The notes beneath the pieces are model-generated. The model had not been told where the DNA came from. It searched no databases and was given only the letters and a program-made list of their open reading frames with translations. The translations under genes and the position numbers were made by a program. This document shows positions 9,268 to 19,686 of a stretch of DNA of 64,000 nucleotides, piece by piece. How positions within the stretch are numbered: position 1 is the stretch's first letter; each line of letters begins with the position of its first letter. Source of the stretch: Promethearchaeota archaeon (GTDB lineage: Archaea; Asgardarchaeota; Lokiarchaeia; Sigyniarchaeales; SOKP01); NCBI GenBank assembly GCA_029838195.1, contig JALGVJ010000002.1, forward strand, positions 32,001-96,000. Reading direction: 5' to 3'.

Positions 9268-10649
9268 CTAAAGTTCGACAAGTCCAATTAATTTTTGCTT
9301 TCTCGCCTAAAGGGAGTCTATAGCATGCGGGTCCCCTCCATGGATTAACGTGTATATAACGCGAGCCATCTTGCGCGCCCTACATTCTTCTTTTAATGAA
9401 GTAATCCAGGCGCCAAAGATCTCCTCATAAAATCGATAAAAAACTGCCCGTTTCTTGCCCAACGTGTCCGCATCTGGGTGATGCGGGAATAACAATCCCA
9501 AGCGAGCGGCCCACGTGAGGAGACGGTACACTAAAAATACCAGGGTAATAAAGCAATACTGCCCTTCGATATTTCTTAACATGCACCCCTTCAAGTGCAA
9601 CTCTTGGGACTCGTCCCGATAACTCGTTTCGATGGTTCAGCGCTTCAAATAGGCTTGGATGATGCCCTTGGGACGTTCATTGAGCATGTTGGAAACTAAA
9701 CCGGTCCATCCTTTCTTATATTTCGGGGCAGATTTCCCCGAAGTGTCTCTCATCACCTCTCGCAGGAAGAGGACTCGTTGCACGCCAATTTTAGGAACGA
9801 ATACATCCCGATGAGCCATCAAATAATGGCGCTTTTCCTTGGTCTTGGGATTCGTGACTTCCACGTGCTCAAATTCTGATTCTGCAATATCCTCGTACAA
9901 CTCTTCCACCTTCCAGCGCTTCCGCTGATACGTGACCACCCAATTGCGTTTTATTTTGGACACGTAGAAATAGCCCGGTAAACTCAAGAGCTTCATTTTT
10001 CGGCACGTACCGTTCGGAGTGGTGCCGTTTTTCTAATTCTTGCGGACGTCGATAGAGCAAGCAATCGAGGGGATATTCGAAAGGACCGCCGTAGTAATGC
10101 GTGGTGATCATGGAAAGCCCAAGTATCTCTTTATTGTGGGCCGTGGAGTAAAAATAATCCACGCCTTCGATTTCCTTGCCCGTCTTGGGAATGACATGCT
10201 CGTCAAGCGCAATCACGCCTTTCGGGCGAATGGCAAGAGAAGTAATGGTCTGGAGCGAACGAAGATTATAAAGGAGCATGTCTCTTGCTCTTCTTGCACT
10301 TAGTCGGTGGAGGCTCCGATTCATCTGCCTCTCGCTCTGCCCCCGAACGGTGTTCTCAGCAACATGCTTGACGGAAGCTCCTTCATCCACTAATAAACCA
10401 TGAACAAACGCCTTCACGGCCTTTTCCTCGTTGGGTGGTAAACGCAAGCCATGTTCTTCAAAAAAATTCATGATAAGCGGGTTTTCTTCCACGACTAGCA
10501 TTTTAAGATAAAGGGCTCTTCCTTTCTTATAAAAGCGTACATGATGAGGGTGATATGTCACGCTTTTTCCACGTGAGCCTTTCTCAAGTCATTAGAGAGG
10601 TACAAGGATTTATAAAGCTTCTAAGATACATTAAGTTGTCGAACTTTAG
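9268..10649 (-). mobile_element. IS701/ISH3-like insertion sequence (degenerate)
   Basis: Terminal inverted repeats CTAAAGTTCGACAA / TTGTCGAACTTTAG. Flanking direct repeat TTAATAA at 9261..9267 and 10650..10656 (or TAATA if the ends lie 1 bp further out). Visibly higher GC than the flanks. Confidence 0.9.
9307..10561 (-). pseudogene. DDE transposase pseudogene in three fragments
   Basis: IALDEHVIPKTGKEIEGV carries the first D. There is a frame break near 9990 with the second-D region apparently missing, and YLKR*TIE has TGA in place of W in the RWxIE motif. Confidence 0.85.
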
Positions 10650-10704
10650 TTAATAAATTATTATTTTTTATACACTTCTATTAATAAAAGAAGCATGGGT
10701 TTCA

Positions 10705-11616
10705 ATGAAAAAAAAAAGGACAGCAGTGATCGGAGCGGGCTGGTTTGGAAAAGCACACATTAGAAACTTTTATGAATTATCTAAGCTCGTAGCGGTATGT
10801 GATACGAATAAGGAAACATTATATCGAGCAATTCAACATCTTGAGGGTGTAAATGGATATTATAACGTGGATGAATTAATAAAAAATGAAAATATTGATG
10901 CAGCAAGTGTTGTCATACCTCCTAAAGAAATTCCATCAATATCAAAAAAACTAGCTTCTGCCGGAATAGATATATTAATGGAAAAGCCCTTGGCGTTAGA
11001 TTGGCGTGAATTGATTAATTTAAAATCGTATGATGTTCGAATTATGCCTGGATTTATTGAATTATTTAATCCAGTATTCGAGAAGCTCTTGAGTCATTTA
11101 CCCGAAATTGGAGAAATATACACCATTTCTTCCAAGAGAGTTGGATTATATCCAAGGAGAGAATGGCACATGGGCGTGATATTAGATTTATCCTTTCATG
11201 ACTTATATCTCCAACAAAGGATTATAAAATCTGAAATTATTAAAACCAAGTGCTTTAAAAGATGCTTTAAAGACAATGTTTATGCAGACGCAGCCTTCAT
11301 TATTTTAGATTATGGGAATGCCATTGGCCAGATAGAATCCAATTGGTTAACGCCTTCAAAATTTCGAAGGATGCATGTTAATGGTGAATTTGGGGGGATT
11401 ATTGTGGATTTTCTTACTCAAAAAATGGTCATTCGAAAAGGAATAGACTTACTAGGCGACCGTCCGTTATCGAAGGCTGTAGAATATGAACCTTTAACAA
11501 TTGAAGAGCCTTTAAGAAGAGAAATTTATAATTTTCTTTATGAAAAGGAAGCCAAGGTTACTTTAGAAGAGGGGATCAAAATTTTAGAATTAGCTTTAAA
11601 AATTGTAAATAATTAA
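10705..11616 (+). CDS. Gfo/Idh/MocA family oxidoreductase
   Basis: IGAGWFG, LMEKPLA, GFIELFNP, DLSFHD and SNWLTPSK. Confidence 0.9.
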   Translation: MKKKRTAVIGAGWFGKAHIRNFYELSKLVAVCDTNKETLYRAIQHLEGVNGYYNVDELIKNENIDAASVVIPPKEIPSISKKLASAGIDILMEKPLALDWRELINLKSYDVRIMPGFIELFNPVFEKLLSHLPEIGEIYTISSKRVGLYPRREWHMGVILDLSFHDLYLQQRIIKSEIIKTKCFKRCFKDNVYADAAFIILDYGNAIGQIESNWLTPSKFRRMHVNGEFGGIIVDFLTQKMVIRKGIDLLGDRPLSKAVEYEPLTIEEPLRREIYNFLYEKEAKVTLEEGIKILELALKIVNN

Positions 11617-11642
11617 ATAGCATTAAGAGAGGTTAAAATATC

Positions 11643-12074
11643 ATGGATGAAAATAGGAATAAAGAAGACTCGCACGAATTGGATCGCATTCGAATGCAAA
11701 AAGTGAAAGCATTGTTAGAAGCTCAAAAAAGAAAACAACAACAAGAAGAAAGAAAATCCAGTATTCAAGATAAAATTGATTATCTTTTACGGGTGGTATT
11801 GAGTCCTGAAGCTCATGCCTATTTTAATAAATTGAAACAAGCAGAACCTTGGGTATATCAGAAAATCTATAACGAGCTAATTAGTCCTGACGTTATTAGA
11901 AACATGGATTATTTGTTAGCAATAATTTCCCGACAAGGAGGCGTACCACGTCGAATTCCGGTGGATGTTATCATGTATCTAGAAAGACAAGTCAAAGGAA
12001 TAAAAGGAACCATTAAAGTAAAGAGAGGCGATGAGGTATTAGATTTGGGTTCCTATTTAACAAAAAATAAATAA
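11643..12074 (+). CDS. PDCD5-like (dsDNA-binding) protein
   Basis: ELDRIRMQKVKAL...LLRVVLSPEA matches the PDCD5/MTH1615 pattern. Confidence 0.7.
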   Translation: MDENRNKEDSHELDRIRMQKVKALLEAQKRKQQQEERKSSIQDKIDYLLRVVLSPEAHAYFNKLKQAEPWVYQKIYNELISPDVIRNMDYLLAIISRQGGVPRRIPVDVIMYLERQVKGIKGTIKVKRGDEVLDLGSYLTKNK

Positions 12075-12205
12075 TCATGAAGATAAAAAACCATAATCTT
12101 CTTATTCTACGTATTATAGTTTTTATTTTTAGATTCACGTTTTAAATTAATTTATTAATTACTCTTTTCGTAATTTATCTTCATTACTCTCAATTAAGTA
12201 TTTCC

Positions 12206-13216
12206 TTGACCATGCTTTTAAAAAGTAATCCTAAGAAAGATTTTATCAGCACGCAAGAGTGGCCTGAAGAGGAGTTACAAAATCTCATTAATTTAACCGA
12301 GGATGTGAAAAAAAATCCAAAAAAATATAATAATTCTTTAATGGGAAAAGCACTCTGCATGTTTTTCTATAACCCATCCACGCGCACGCGAAATTCTACA
12401 GAAGTTGCAGCTTATCAATTGGGAATGCATCCTACTTTCAATAGCATTAAAGATTCATGGATTGGGTATAATTCAGAATCCATTAAGGATACTGCCCATG
12501 TCTTGGCACGGTATTATGACGCTATCGGAATACGGATTTTTCCGGTATCGGTAAATTGGATTTATAAAGAAGGAAATCGAATATTAAGAGAATTCGCAAG
12601 TCATGCGAGGATTCCCATTATAAATTTTGAAGATGATCTTTATCATCCACTCCAAGCCTTAACGGATATTTATACTATAAAAGAAAAATTTCATACACCA
12701 AAAAACAAAAAAATTGTGATATCATGGGCTTACCATCCAAAACCATTGCCATTAAGCGTTCCTAATTCCATATTATTGATAAGCACGAGGTTTGGAATGG
12801 ACGTCACGCTTACTCATCCAAAACATTTTGAATTAGATGAAGAAATAATCAATATGGCAAGGCATAATGCAGAAGAATCCGGAGGATCCTTGACGATCTC
12901 AAATAATATTGAAGAAAGTTATGAAGGTGCGGATGTTGTATATATAAAAAGCTGGGGCTCCTGCGAATTCTACGGAGATCCGAGAGAAGAAAAAAAACTT
13001 CGCCTGCCTTATAAGGAGAGTTGGAGAATTAAAGAAAAATACTTGGAATACACACAGACTAATTCAATAGTAATGCATTGCTTACCAATTAGAAGGAATA
13101 TCGTTGCTGATGATGAAGTTATTGATGGGCCCCATTCCATCGTATATGATCAAGCAGAAAATAGACTATATACAATAAAAGCATTGTTATACTACTTGCT
13201 CAAGGAAAGCAAGTAA
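12206..13216 (+). CDS. argF: N-acetylornithine carbamoyltransferase (ArgF'-type)
   Basis: NPSTRTR, HPLQAL, SWAYHPKPLP (AOTCase-specific proline loop), HCLPIRRN and QAENR. Confidence 0.85.
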   Translation: MTMLLKSNPKKDFISTQEWPEEELQNLINLTEDVKKNPKKYNNSLMGKALCMFFYNPSTRTRNSTEVAAYQLGMHPTFNSIKDSWIGYNSESIKDTAHVLARYYDAIGIRIFPVSVNWIYKEGNRILREFASHARIPIINFEDDLYHPLQALTDIYTIKEKFHTPKNKKIVISWAYHPKPLPLSVPNSILLISTRFGMDVTLTHPKHFELDEEIINMARHNAEESGGSLTISNNIEESYEGADVVYIKSWGSCEFYGDPREEKKLRLPYKESWRIKEKYLEYTQTNSIVMHCLPIRRNIVADDEVIDGPHSIVYDQAENRLYTIKALLYYLLKESK

Positions 13217-13257
13217 TAAAGGGATCATTATTTTTATAATGTACTAAAAATAGCGCA

Positions 13258-13812
13258 TTATTGCTCCCGAGCAGAAATTACTGCATTTACTTTTATTTCC
13301 CCGTTATCCAATTTTTCAGAATCAATGCTTGCGAACTGAAATGCGAAGGGCCTTTTAAAAACCTGGACCACTAACGGAGCAAAAGAACTAATAGCAAAAA
13401 TTAAAAGGCGTTTTAATATGCTCTCCGTGCTATCTTTTATATTTAACTCTTTCTTTACCTCTTCAACAGCTTCAATCTCTTTCAATGAATAGTGATATTT
13501 GTATACAAGCTTAAAATCGACAGGAGTAGGGGCTTCGGGGTCAGAAAATTCAAGTCCCCGCTTGCGAAAAGGAAAAATCGTATTTAAATAAAAATAAAAA
13601 ATTTCTTCATGATGATCCTTTAATAAATGTGATATTCGGCTTCTGTCTTCATATTTTGGCCAATATCTTTTCATTATCTCTAACAAGCGAGGATAATTTT
13701 TGTACTTGTTTTGACTTTCTTCTGTTAAATAATCCAATAGCCGATTTTTTAGAGGTTTAAATTCACTTTCCCGTGCTACTCTCCTGATGAATTTTTTAAA
13801 ACGAACACTCAT
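13258..13812 (-). CDS. Hypothetical protein
   Basis: 184-aa ORF with coding-like composition and no recognised motif. Confidence 0.6.
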   Translation of the reverse strand: MSVRFKKFIRRVARESEFKPLKNRLLDYLTEESQNKYKNYPRLLEIMKRYWPKYEDRSRISHLLKDHHEEIFYFYLNTIFPFRKRGLEFSDPEAPTPVDFKLVYKYHYSLKEIEAVEEVKKELNIKDSTESILKRLLIFAISSFAPLVVQVFKRPFAFQFASIDSEKLDNGEIKVNAVISAREQ

Positions 13813-14128
13813 TCTCTTAAGGAATAAAGTTTATGGTAATTACTCTGATGATCTTTATTTTACTGAGTATTATAGATATATTATCACTATAATATCAAAT
13901 AAATTTATTTATCTCAATTAAACAAAGAATCTATTGCCTTTAGAAAGAAATAATGAAATTGATTAAAAAGTTATTTTTCCTAAAACGAAAATCATGAACA
14001 CGGAAAAATGGAGTTAGAATGATCCCGCATTAATGAAATATCATAATTATTTTTATTACCTATAGATATCATTATTTTATCATGAGATTTGTAAAATAAT
14101 TTTATAAAAGAAAGGAGCTACCACTATA

Positions 14129-15334
14129 ATGAAAAAAACTGCTTTAATATACACGACCGAATACCAAAAATACAATTTTGGTCCCGACCATCCCTTAAGA
14201 CCGCTCCGAATTGAACTCACTTATAGTCTTTTTAGGAAATTAAGTTTGCTAAATTCCAAAACACTTGAAATTCTCACGCCCAGACCTTGTACGGAAGAAG
14301 AAATTGAACTGGTGCACACTAAAGAATATATTAACGCCGTTAAAAAATTAAGTGTTAATCCAAATGATAAATCAGTAAATCCCTTCATGTACGGATTGGG
14401 ACCTGGAGATAATCCCGTTTTTAAAGGAATGTATGAAGCATCCGCATTAGTGTGCGGAGCAAGCGTAACTGCCGCAGAAAAAGTATGGACGGATGATGAT
14501 TTTCGAGCGGCATTCAATCCTGCTGGTGGTTTACATCACGCCATGGCAGATAAAGCTTCAGGCTTTTGCATTTTCAATGATATCGCAGTTGCTATAAAAT
14601 ATTTAAAGAAACTAAAAGAAGATATTCGAATTGCCTATGTTGATATAGATTGTCATCATGGGGATGGCGTGCAATCCATTTTTTATAAAGATCCAAATGT
14701 CCTAACCGTTTCCTATCATCAAGATGGGCGATATTTGTTTCCAGGAACGGGATTTATAAATGAACGGGGAGAAGATCGTGGTGAAGGTTTTTCTATTAAT
14801 TTTCCCTTATTACCAAACACTAATAATAAAATGTATTTAAAAATTTTTAGAACAACCCTTCCAAAAATTCTTGAAATCTATGCGCCTGATATTTTGATCA
14901 CTCAGCTAGGCGTGGATACCTACTATAAAGATCCGCTTACTCAAATGGGTTTATCTCTGGATGCTTATCGCCACATTGCTCAAACATTAAAAACTTGTGC
15001 GTTTGAGTTTTGCAATAATAAATGGCTAGCCATTGGAGGTGGAGGGTATTTATTATCCGTGGTACCTAGAGCTTGGACCATTTTTTTAGCTAAAATGCTC
15101 GATGTTGAATTAAAAAACGAATTACCGGCAAGTTGGATTGAAGAAGTAAAAAAAAAAGCACCTTATGAAGATACCCCCTATTCGTTGTGGGATAGAGACG
15201 ATAGAATTGAAGTTGAACTCCTTTCTCACCCTGAAATTGCCAAAAAAATGATTGAATATGGAAATCAATTGATATCCATAAATGAAGAAAAATATTTACC
15301 TGATTTAGAAGCAAAACTCCGTGCCCTCTCATAA
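14129..15334 (+). CDS. acuC: AcuC / class I histone-deacetylase-family protein
   Basis: HPLRPLR, GGLHHA, SGFCIFND, DIDCHHGDG and GGGGY. Confidence 0.9.
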   Translation: MKKTALIYTTEYQKYNFGPDHPLRPLRIELTYSLFRKLSLLNSKTLEILTPRPCTEEEIELVHTKEYINAVKKLSVNPNDKSVNPFMYGLGPGDNPVFKGMYEASALVCGASVTAAEKVWTDDDFRAAFNPAGGLHHAMADKASGFCIFNDIAVAIKYLKKLKEDIRIAYVDIDCHHGDGVQSIFYKDPNVLTVSYHQDGRYLFPGTGFINERGEDRGEGFSINFPLLPNTNNKMYLKIFRTTLPKILEIYAPDILITQLGVDTYYKDPLTQMGLSLDAYRHIAQTLKTCAFEFCNNKWLAIGGGGYLLSVVPRAWTIFLAKMLDVELKNELPASWIEEVKKKAPYEDTPYSLWDRDDRIEVELLSHPEIAKKMIEYGNQLISINEEKYLPDLEAKLRALS

Positions 15335-15611
15335 AATTCTGGAACATTTATGGAGTCTATCTTAGGGATAGCACCTATTCCATTACAAATCGTGGCTTTT
15401 CATGAATTTAATGTGTTTTTTAATCAAGAACTTTACTATATTTTTTAGCAGTCACTCTAAGTGCCATTAAATTAATTAATTCTTATATTCAAGTGATTCA
15501 TTTAAATAATTAGTTAAACTTTGTTTAATTTAATCTATCTTTATTTTTCTTATTTTTTTATAAGATCCACCCTTATTCTTTTTAAATTAATAAATCATGA
15601 AAATTATTAAG

Positions 15612-16723
15612 ATGGATAAAATATTTGACATTTTAGTAGTGGGAGAGCGGGACCTGCCGGCTCAATTGCTGCTAAAGTTGCCGCTGAACAAGGGTTTTCT
15701 ACATGCCTATTGGAAAAAGAAAAATTAGGCAAAGATGGTCGATATAAAGCATGTGGGGGTGCAATTGCTTGGGAGTTAATAGAAGAAATAGATTATCCCG
15801 AGAACAAAATTGAAAGAATTATCGAATCTCTGGAACTCCATCACGTGGATGGTGAACGTTATTCTAAAAAGGGAAAAGGGGCAGTTATATGGAGAAGCGT
15901 TTTTGATAAATTTCTTACTAACATGGCTATTGAAAGTGGAACACTCTTGAAAGATGCTGAAGCATTAATTAATATAGAGAAAGGCGGAGAATTCTATAAT
16001 ATCATTACGAAAAAGGGAATATATAAAGCTAAATATGTCATTGTAGCTGATGGCGCCACCTCACAAACTTTAAAAGCATTAAAATGGCCTTATTTCGAGA
16101 AAAATAATTTAATCTTGACTATTACAAGAGAAATGAAGTCAAAGAAAAATTACATCGATGGAGTTCTAGGAAAAAATGCGGTACACCTTTTTTTTGGCAT
16201 TAAAAATTTAATTCCTATAGGATATGCATGGTTATTTCCCAAGAAAGAAACAATAACTGTAGGCTGGGGCAATCAAATTAATTTAATTAAAAATTCGAGA
16301 GCGGAATTTAAAAAATTCGTCCATTTGCCTTTCGTTAAAGAAGCCCTAAAAAATGCTTCCTTAGAAATCTTCAAGCCCCATTTGATTCCTGTTGGATTAC
16401 GTCCAATGCTCTATAATGAAAATGTTTTTGCCGTAGGAGACGCTGGAGGAATTGTAGACCCTATAAGTGGTAAAGGTATTCCCTATGCCATGATGTCGGG
16501 ACAAATTGCTGTTGAAACCATAGCAACATGCGAAAAAAAAGATAAGATAGATAAAATGGGCGCAATTTATGAGCGAAACTTGGACAAAAAATTTCTTAAA
16601 GTTTTAAAAGCTAAAAGAATGGCCCGTGATAAAATTTTTGAAAGTGATGAAACACTTAAAAAATTTTTATCTCTCTGGGAGACCTATAGATCCTCCCAAA
16701 TAATAATGGGAAAAATGATTTGA
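15612..16723 (+). pseudogene. Geranylgeranyl reductase-family FAD oxidoreductase with a 2-nt frameshift near the start
   Basis: ATG at 15612 gives MDKIFDILVVG. An extra GA at 15645..15646 precedes AGPAGSIAA, which is in frame with 15710..16723 (KACGG, ADG, GYAWLFP, GDAGG..DPISGKGI). Confidence 0.8.
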
Positions 16724-16785
16724 ATGTATCTTGACTTTTACACGTGATTTTTTCTTCAATAACTTCTCTCTTTACCTAATAACAT

Positions 16786-17295
16786 TTACAAGATGATGGG
16801 TGATGGCTCATCATTTCTAAATAATACGGTCTCCCCTAAATCAACACCATGTTCATTTAACCACGATGAGGGTAAAGCAATATTAAAATCTTCCTTATTA
16901 TCCTCATCAAACTCGAGCAATTCTTCGAGTTCTAAAGTCCTTGTCTTAATTTTATTAGAATCGTTAAAATATTTCATCAATGTTTTTAAATTTTTCAGAT
17001 AGTTTTCATCAATAATTCTATATTTATTTGCTCCAAGTGCTTTAGACACTTCTTTTAAAATAGTATAATTCTTTACCAACTCTCGATAGAAAGGTAATAA
17101 CATGAATTTGTCCGTGAATTTCTCTTTTGAATGCTTCCCCATAAGACTACAGATCTTTATTCGCTTTCCGGGAAGTAACTCGTAATCTTTCATGATAGCA
17201 GGATCTACCGCTACTATATTTTTTGGAGACTTAAGACTGGCTGTAATTTTAGCCAAGTACCAGCCGTGAGAACGAGAAATTATATTCCAATTCAA
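16786..17295 (-). CDS. Hypothetical protein
   Basis: 169-aa ORF with a TTG start and no recognised motif. Confidence 0.55.
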   Translation of the reverse strand: MNWNIISRSHGWYLAKITASLKSPKNIVAVDPAIMKDYELLPGKRIKICSLMGKHSKEKFTDKFMLLPFYRELVKNYTILKEVSKALGANKYRIIDENYLKNLKTLMKYFNDSNKIKTRTLELEELLEFDEDNKEDFNIALPSSWLNEHGVDLGETVLFRNDEPSPIIL

Positions 17296-17565
17296 TTCAT
17301 TTATTATAATCTATTTGTTCAATTTAAATTTTTCTCTTTTTAACTAAAGAATATTATTAGAAAAATCTAATTAATTAAAAATCAAAGTGGAGAAAAAAGA
17401 CTGATTTATTCTTCATTTTATTAATAAATCATTTAGCATGACTTTAATCAAAATGAAATTTCCCCTTTTAAATATTAAATATATACTCTCCTCATTCTAG
17501 ACTATTTCCCTCCAGTTTTATCATGTTTAAAAAATATTTTGACATTATTTTCATTTTTTTCCTAT

Positions 17566-17580
17566 GAAAAAGTTTAAATA
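17566..17580 (+). promoter_or_regulatory. Archaeal BRE + TATA box upstream of the structured RNA
   Basis: GAAAAAG followed by TTTAAATA, about 30 nt before the stem at 17610. Confidence 0.55.
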
Positions 17581-17609
17581 AATGGGTAACTAATTATTAC
17601 CATGTAAAG

Positions 17610-17757
17610 AAATTGGAAAGCCATGAACTATGCAAAATATATTCTTATACCTAATTTCCGATTCAGATCGGAGCAATACCTCAACCCTTAACCCTGTTAT
17701 TAGATAATACGTCTCCTCTTCTTTAAATTTTAAAGAAAGGTTCATGCTTTCCAATTT
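17610..17757 (+). ncRNA. Candidate structured small RNA (~150 nt)
   Basis: The 5' and 3' ends pair over 18 bp (AAATTGGAAAG-C-CATGAAC / GTTCATG-CTTTCCAATTT). Two internal hairpins, a TATA box upstream and T-tracts downstream. Confidence 0.55.
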
Positions 17758-17939
17758 TTCCTTTTTTTTACCTCATGAACAATCACGTGTCAATAATAAT
17801 TTTTAATTTCATGATGAAAATGTTTTTAAAAACAATTGGGATTCAAAGATGCTCTTGAATATGGTTCAAACAAAAATTTTAAAAAGCTGAAGTCCATTAA
17901 TTATTAAGAAAAGAATATATTAGAGAAGAGGCTAAAAAA

Positions 17940-18386
17940 GTGAAAAAAACCATAAAGTTGAGCACGCTTAAAGAAGTTGAGATTGAAGAGGATAATCCCA
18001 AACCATTATTTGAAATGTTAATCAACGAGATTTTAATCCCAAAATATAAAGAAACCGATGATTTTAACTTGACGATTAATATCGTTTTAGAAGAAATGAA
18101 TCAAATTATTAAAGACCACGATTTAGATGCCAAGTTGAAATTAGAGTTGTTGAATGAAATTGAAAATCAATTAGATAAAAGTATCGAACAATTAACGGGA
18201 GTTGGAAAAATCGAAATTCTTTTCTTGAACATGGACGATTACGTGGAAGATATCAAAAAATTAATCATTTCTGGACTAGATAAGCAAGATCTTCGCAACA
18301 GCATGGCTCAATTGATTAGGCCCTTGACTCTTTTCGAATTAACTGAATTATTCATTTACTTAGGTAAAAGAGCTTTTTTAAAATAA
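17940..18386 (+). CDS. Hypothetical helical protein
   Basis: 148-aa ORF with an SD-like GAGG upstream. Confidence 0.65.
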   Translation: MKKTIKLSTLKEVEIEEDNPKPLFEMLINEILIPKYKETDDFNLTINIVLEEMNQIIKDHDLDAKLKLELLNEIENQLDKSIEQLTGVGKIEILFLNMDDYVEDIKKLIISGLDKQDLRNSMAQLIRPLTLFELTELFIYLGKRAFLK

Positions 18387-18440
18387 TTTCTTTAATCGAG
18401 AACTTTTTCCCCTCTTTTTCATGTGAAATTTACTTTTCCT

Positions 18441-19451
18441 TCATTCCTTGTTCAATCTTTCTTTTTCATCAAGGGATGTAATGGCTCGCGATTGTAATAC
18501 ATAAATTTGCCCATCTTTTATTGCCCATTCGATATCTTGAGGAAATCCAAAAAATTGTTCGATCCACACGCCCATTTGGAACAAGTGAAAAATTTGCTTC
18601 TCTGATAGGGAGCATTGATTTTTCTTGTCCTCTTCAAGTTCAATAAGGGATGCTCCGAGGCTTGTAGTATGATTCCACATGATTATTTTTTCTTTTTTAC
18701 CCACTTGCATTTTCAAAATTTTACCGGAATTTTTGTCTAAAATGATCATGTCAGGATTAATTTTATTGCTTGTTACGGTTTCGCAAGAACCCCAAGTGGA
18801 ATTGATGATCATTTGATTCAGGTCATTATTTAATACGTTAGCCGTAAATAAAACGCCACCGATATCAGGTTCAATCATTTCTTGAACGATAACCGCGACT
18901 TTAATTTCAGATAAATTTTTTATTCCTATTTTTTTCCCAATTTTTATCATGTAAAGAAGAGCTTGAGGAGAATATAAGGATTTCCAACATCCTTTCATGG
19001 AAGTTAAGATTTCTTCAAGCGTGTTATTATATAAAAAACTTTCTAATTGCCCTGCGAACGATGATTTCTTAGAATCTTCTATAGTAGCAGAGGAGCGAAC
19101 GGCAAAAAAAGGGCTTGAAGCTTTTATTTGTTTTTTGAGTTCATTTAATCCCCATTTTACAGCATTTTCAAGGTCCACGGGTAAAGGTGTTTGGTCTATC
19201 AAATCAAATATTTTTTTCGAAAGACCTAAAACATCCTTAGGAGTATAACCTAAAAAAAGAAGGTTCTTTAACTCTGTTTCATGCGATGAAGATTCTATGA
19301 AATACTCGTGAGCCCGTGTATTAATTATAAAACCTTTAGGAATGGCAAATGGTAATTCTATTAAAGAAATAAGATTCGCTCCTTTTCCCCCTACTAAATT
19401 AACATCGTCCGTCCCTTCCATGAAAAAGGTAATGAATCTTGAATTTCTCAT
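18441..19451 (-). CDS. Stand-alone PEP/pyruvate-dikinase ATP-grasp (N-terminal) domain
   Basis: GGKGANL, AVRSSATIED..SFAGQ, VIVQEM and DIEWAI..LQSRAIT. The protein ends without His or pyruvate domains. Confidence 0.9.
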   Translation of the reverse strand: MRNSRFITFFMEGTDDVNLVGGKGANLISLIELPFAIPKGFIINTRAHEYFIESSSHETELKNLLFLGYTPKDVLGLSKKIFDLIDQTPLPVDLENAVKWGLNELKKQIKASSPFFAVRSSATIEDSKKSSFAGQLESFLYNNTLEEILTSMKGCWKSLYSPQALLYMIKIGKKIGIKNLSEIKVAVIVQEMIEPDIGGVLFTANVLNNDLNQMIINSTWGSCETVTSNKINPDMIILDKNSGKILKMQVGKKEKIIMWNHTTSLGASLIELEEDKKNQCSLSEKQIFHLFQMGVWIEQFFGFPQDIEWAIKDGQIYVLQSRAITSLDEKERLNKE

Positions 19452-19686
19452 TAAAATTAATTAACACGATGTTATTAATAAATCTATGTACTCGTGAAGT
19501 ACTAATAAAAACTTGGTTTTTTTTCAGATTCCTTGGTAAGCACCGCGAGGTGTTGATTTCTTCAAATCTTATAGGTATAAATCGTTCGAACGGAATAGTA
19601 AAATAATTATTAGAATATAATAAAGATCCTGAAAATTTAAAATGGTTTTAGTTTAATAAAAAATAGAGCATTTAGGTTTCTTAATA

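Noticed and set aside
9637-9639. In-frame TGA in the transposase as recoding
   Set aside because: It replaces the conserved Trp in an element that has other lesions, consistent with a simple nonsense mutation.
17683-17695. AACCCTTAACCCT resembles a telomerase RNA template
   Set aside because: It is only 13 nt, no reverse transcriptase is in the window and no pseudoknot was identified. Recorded as a curiosity only.
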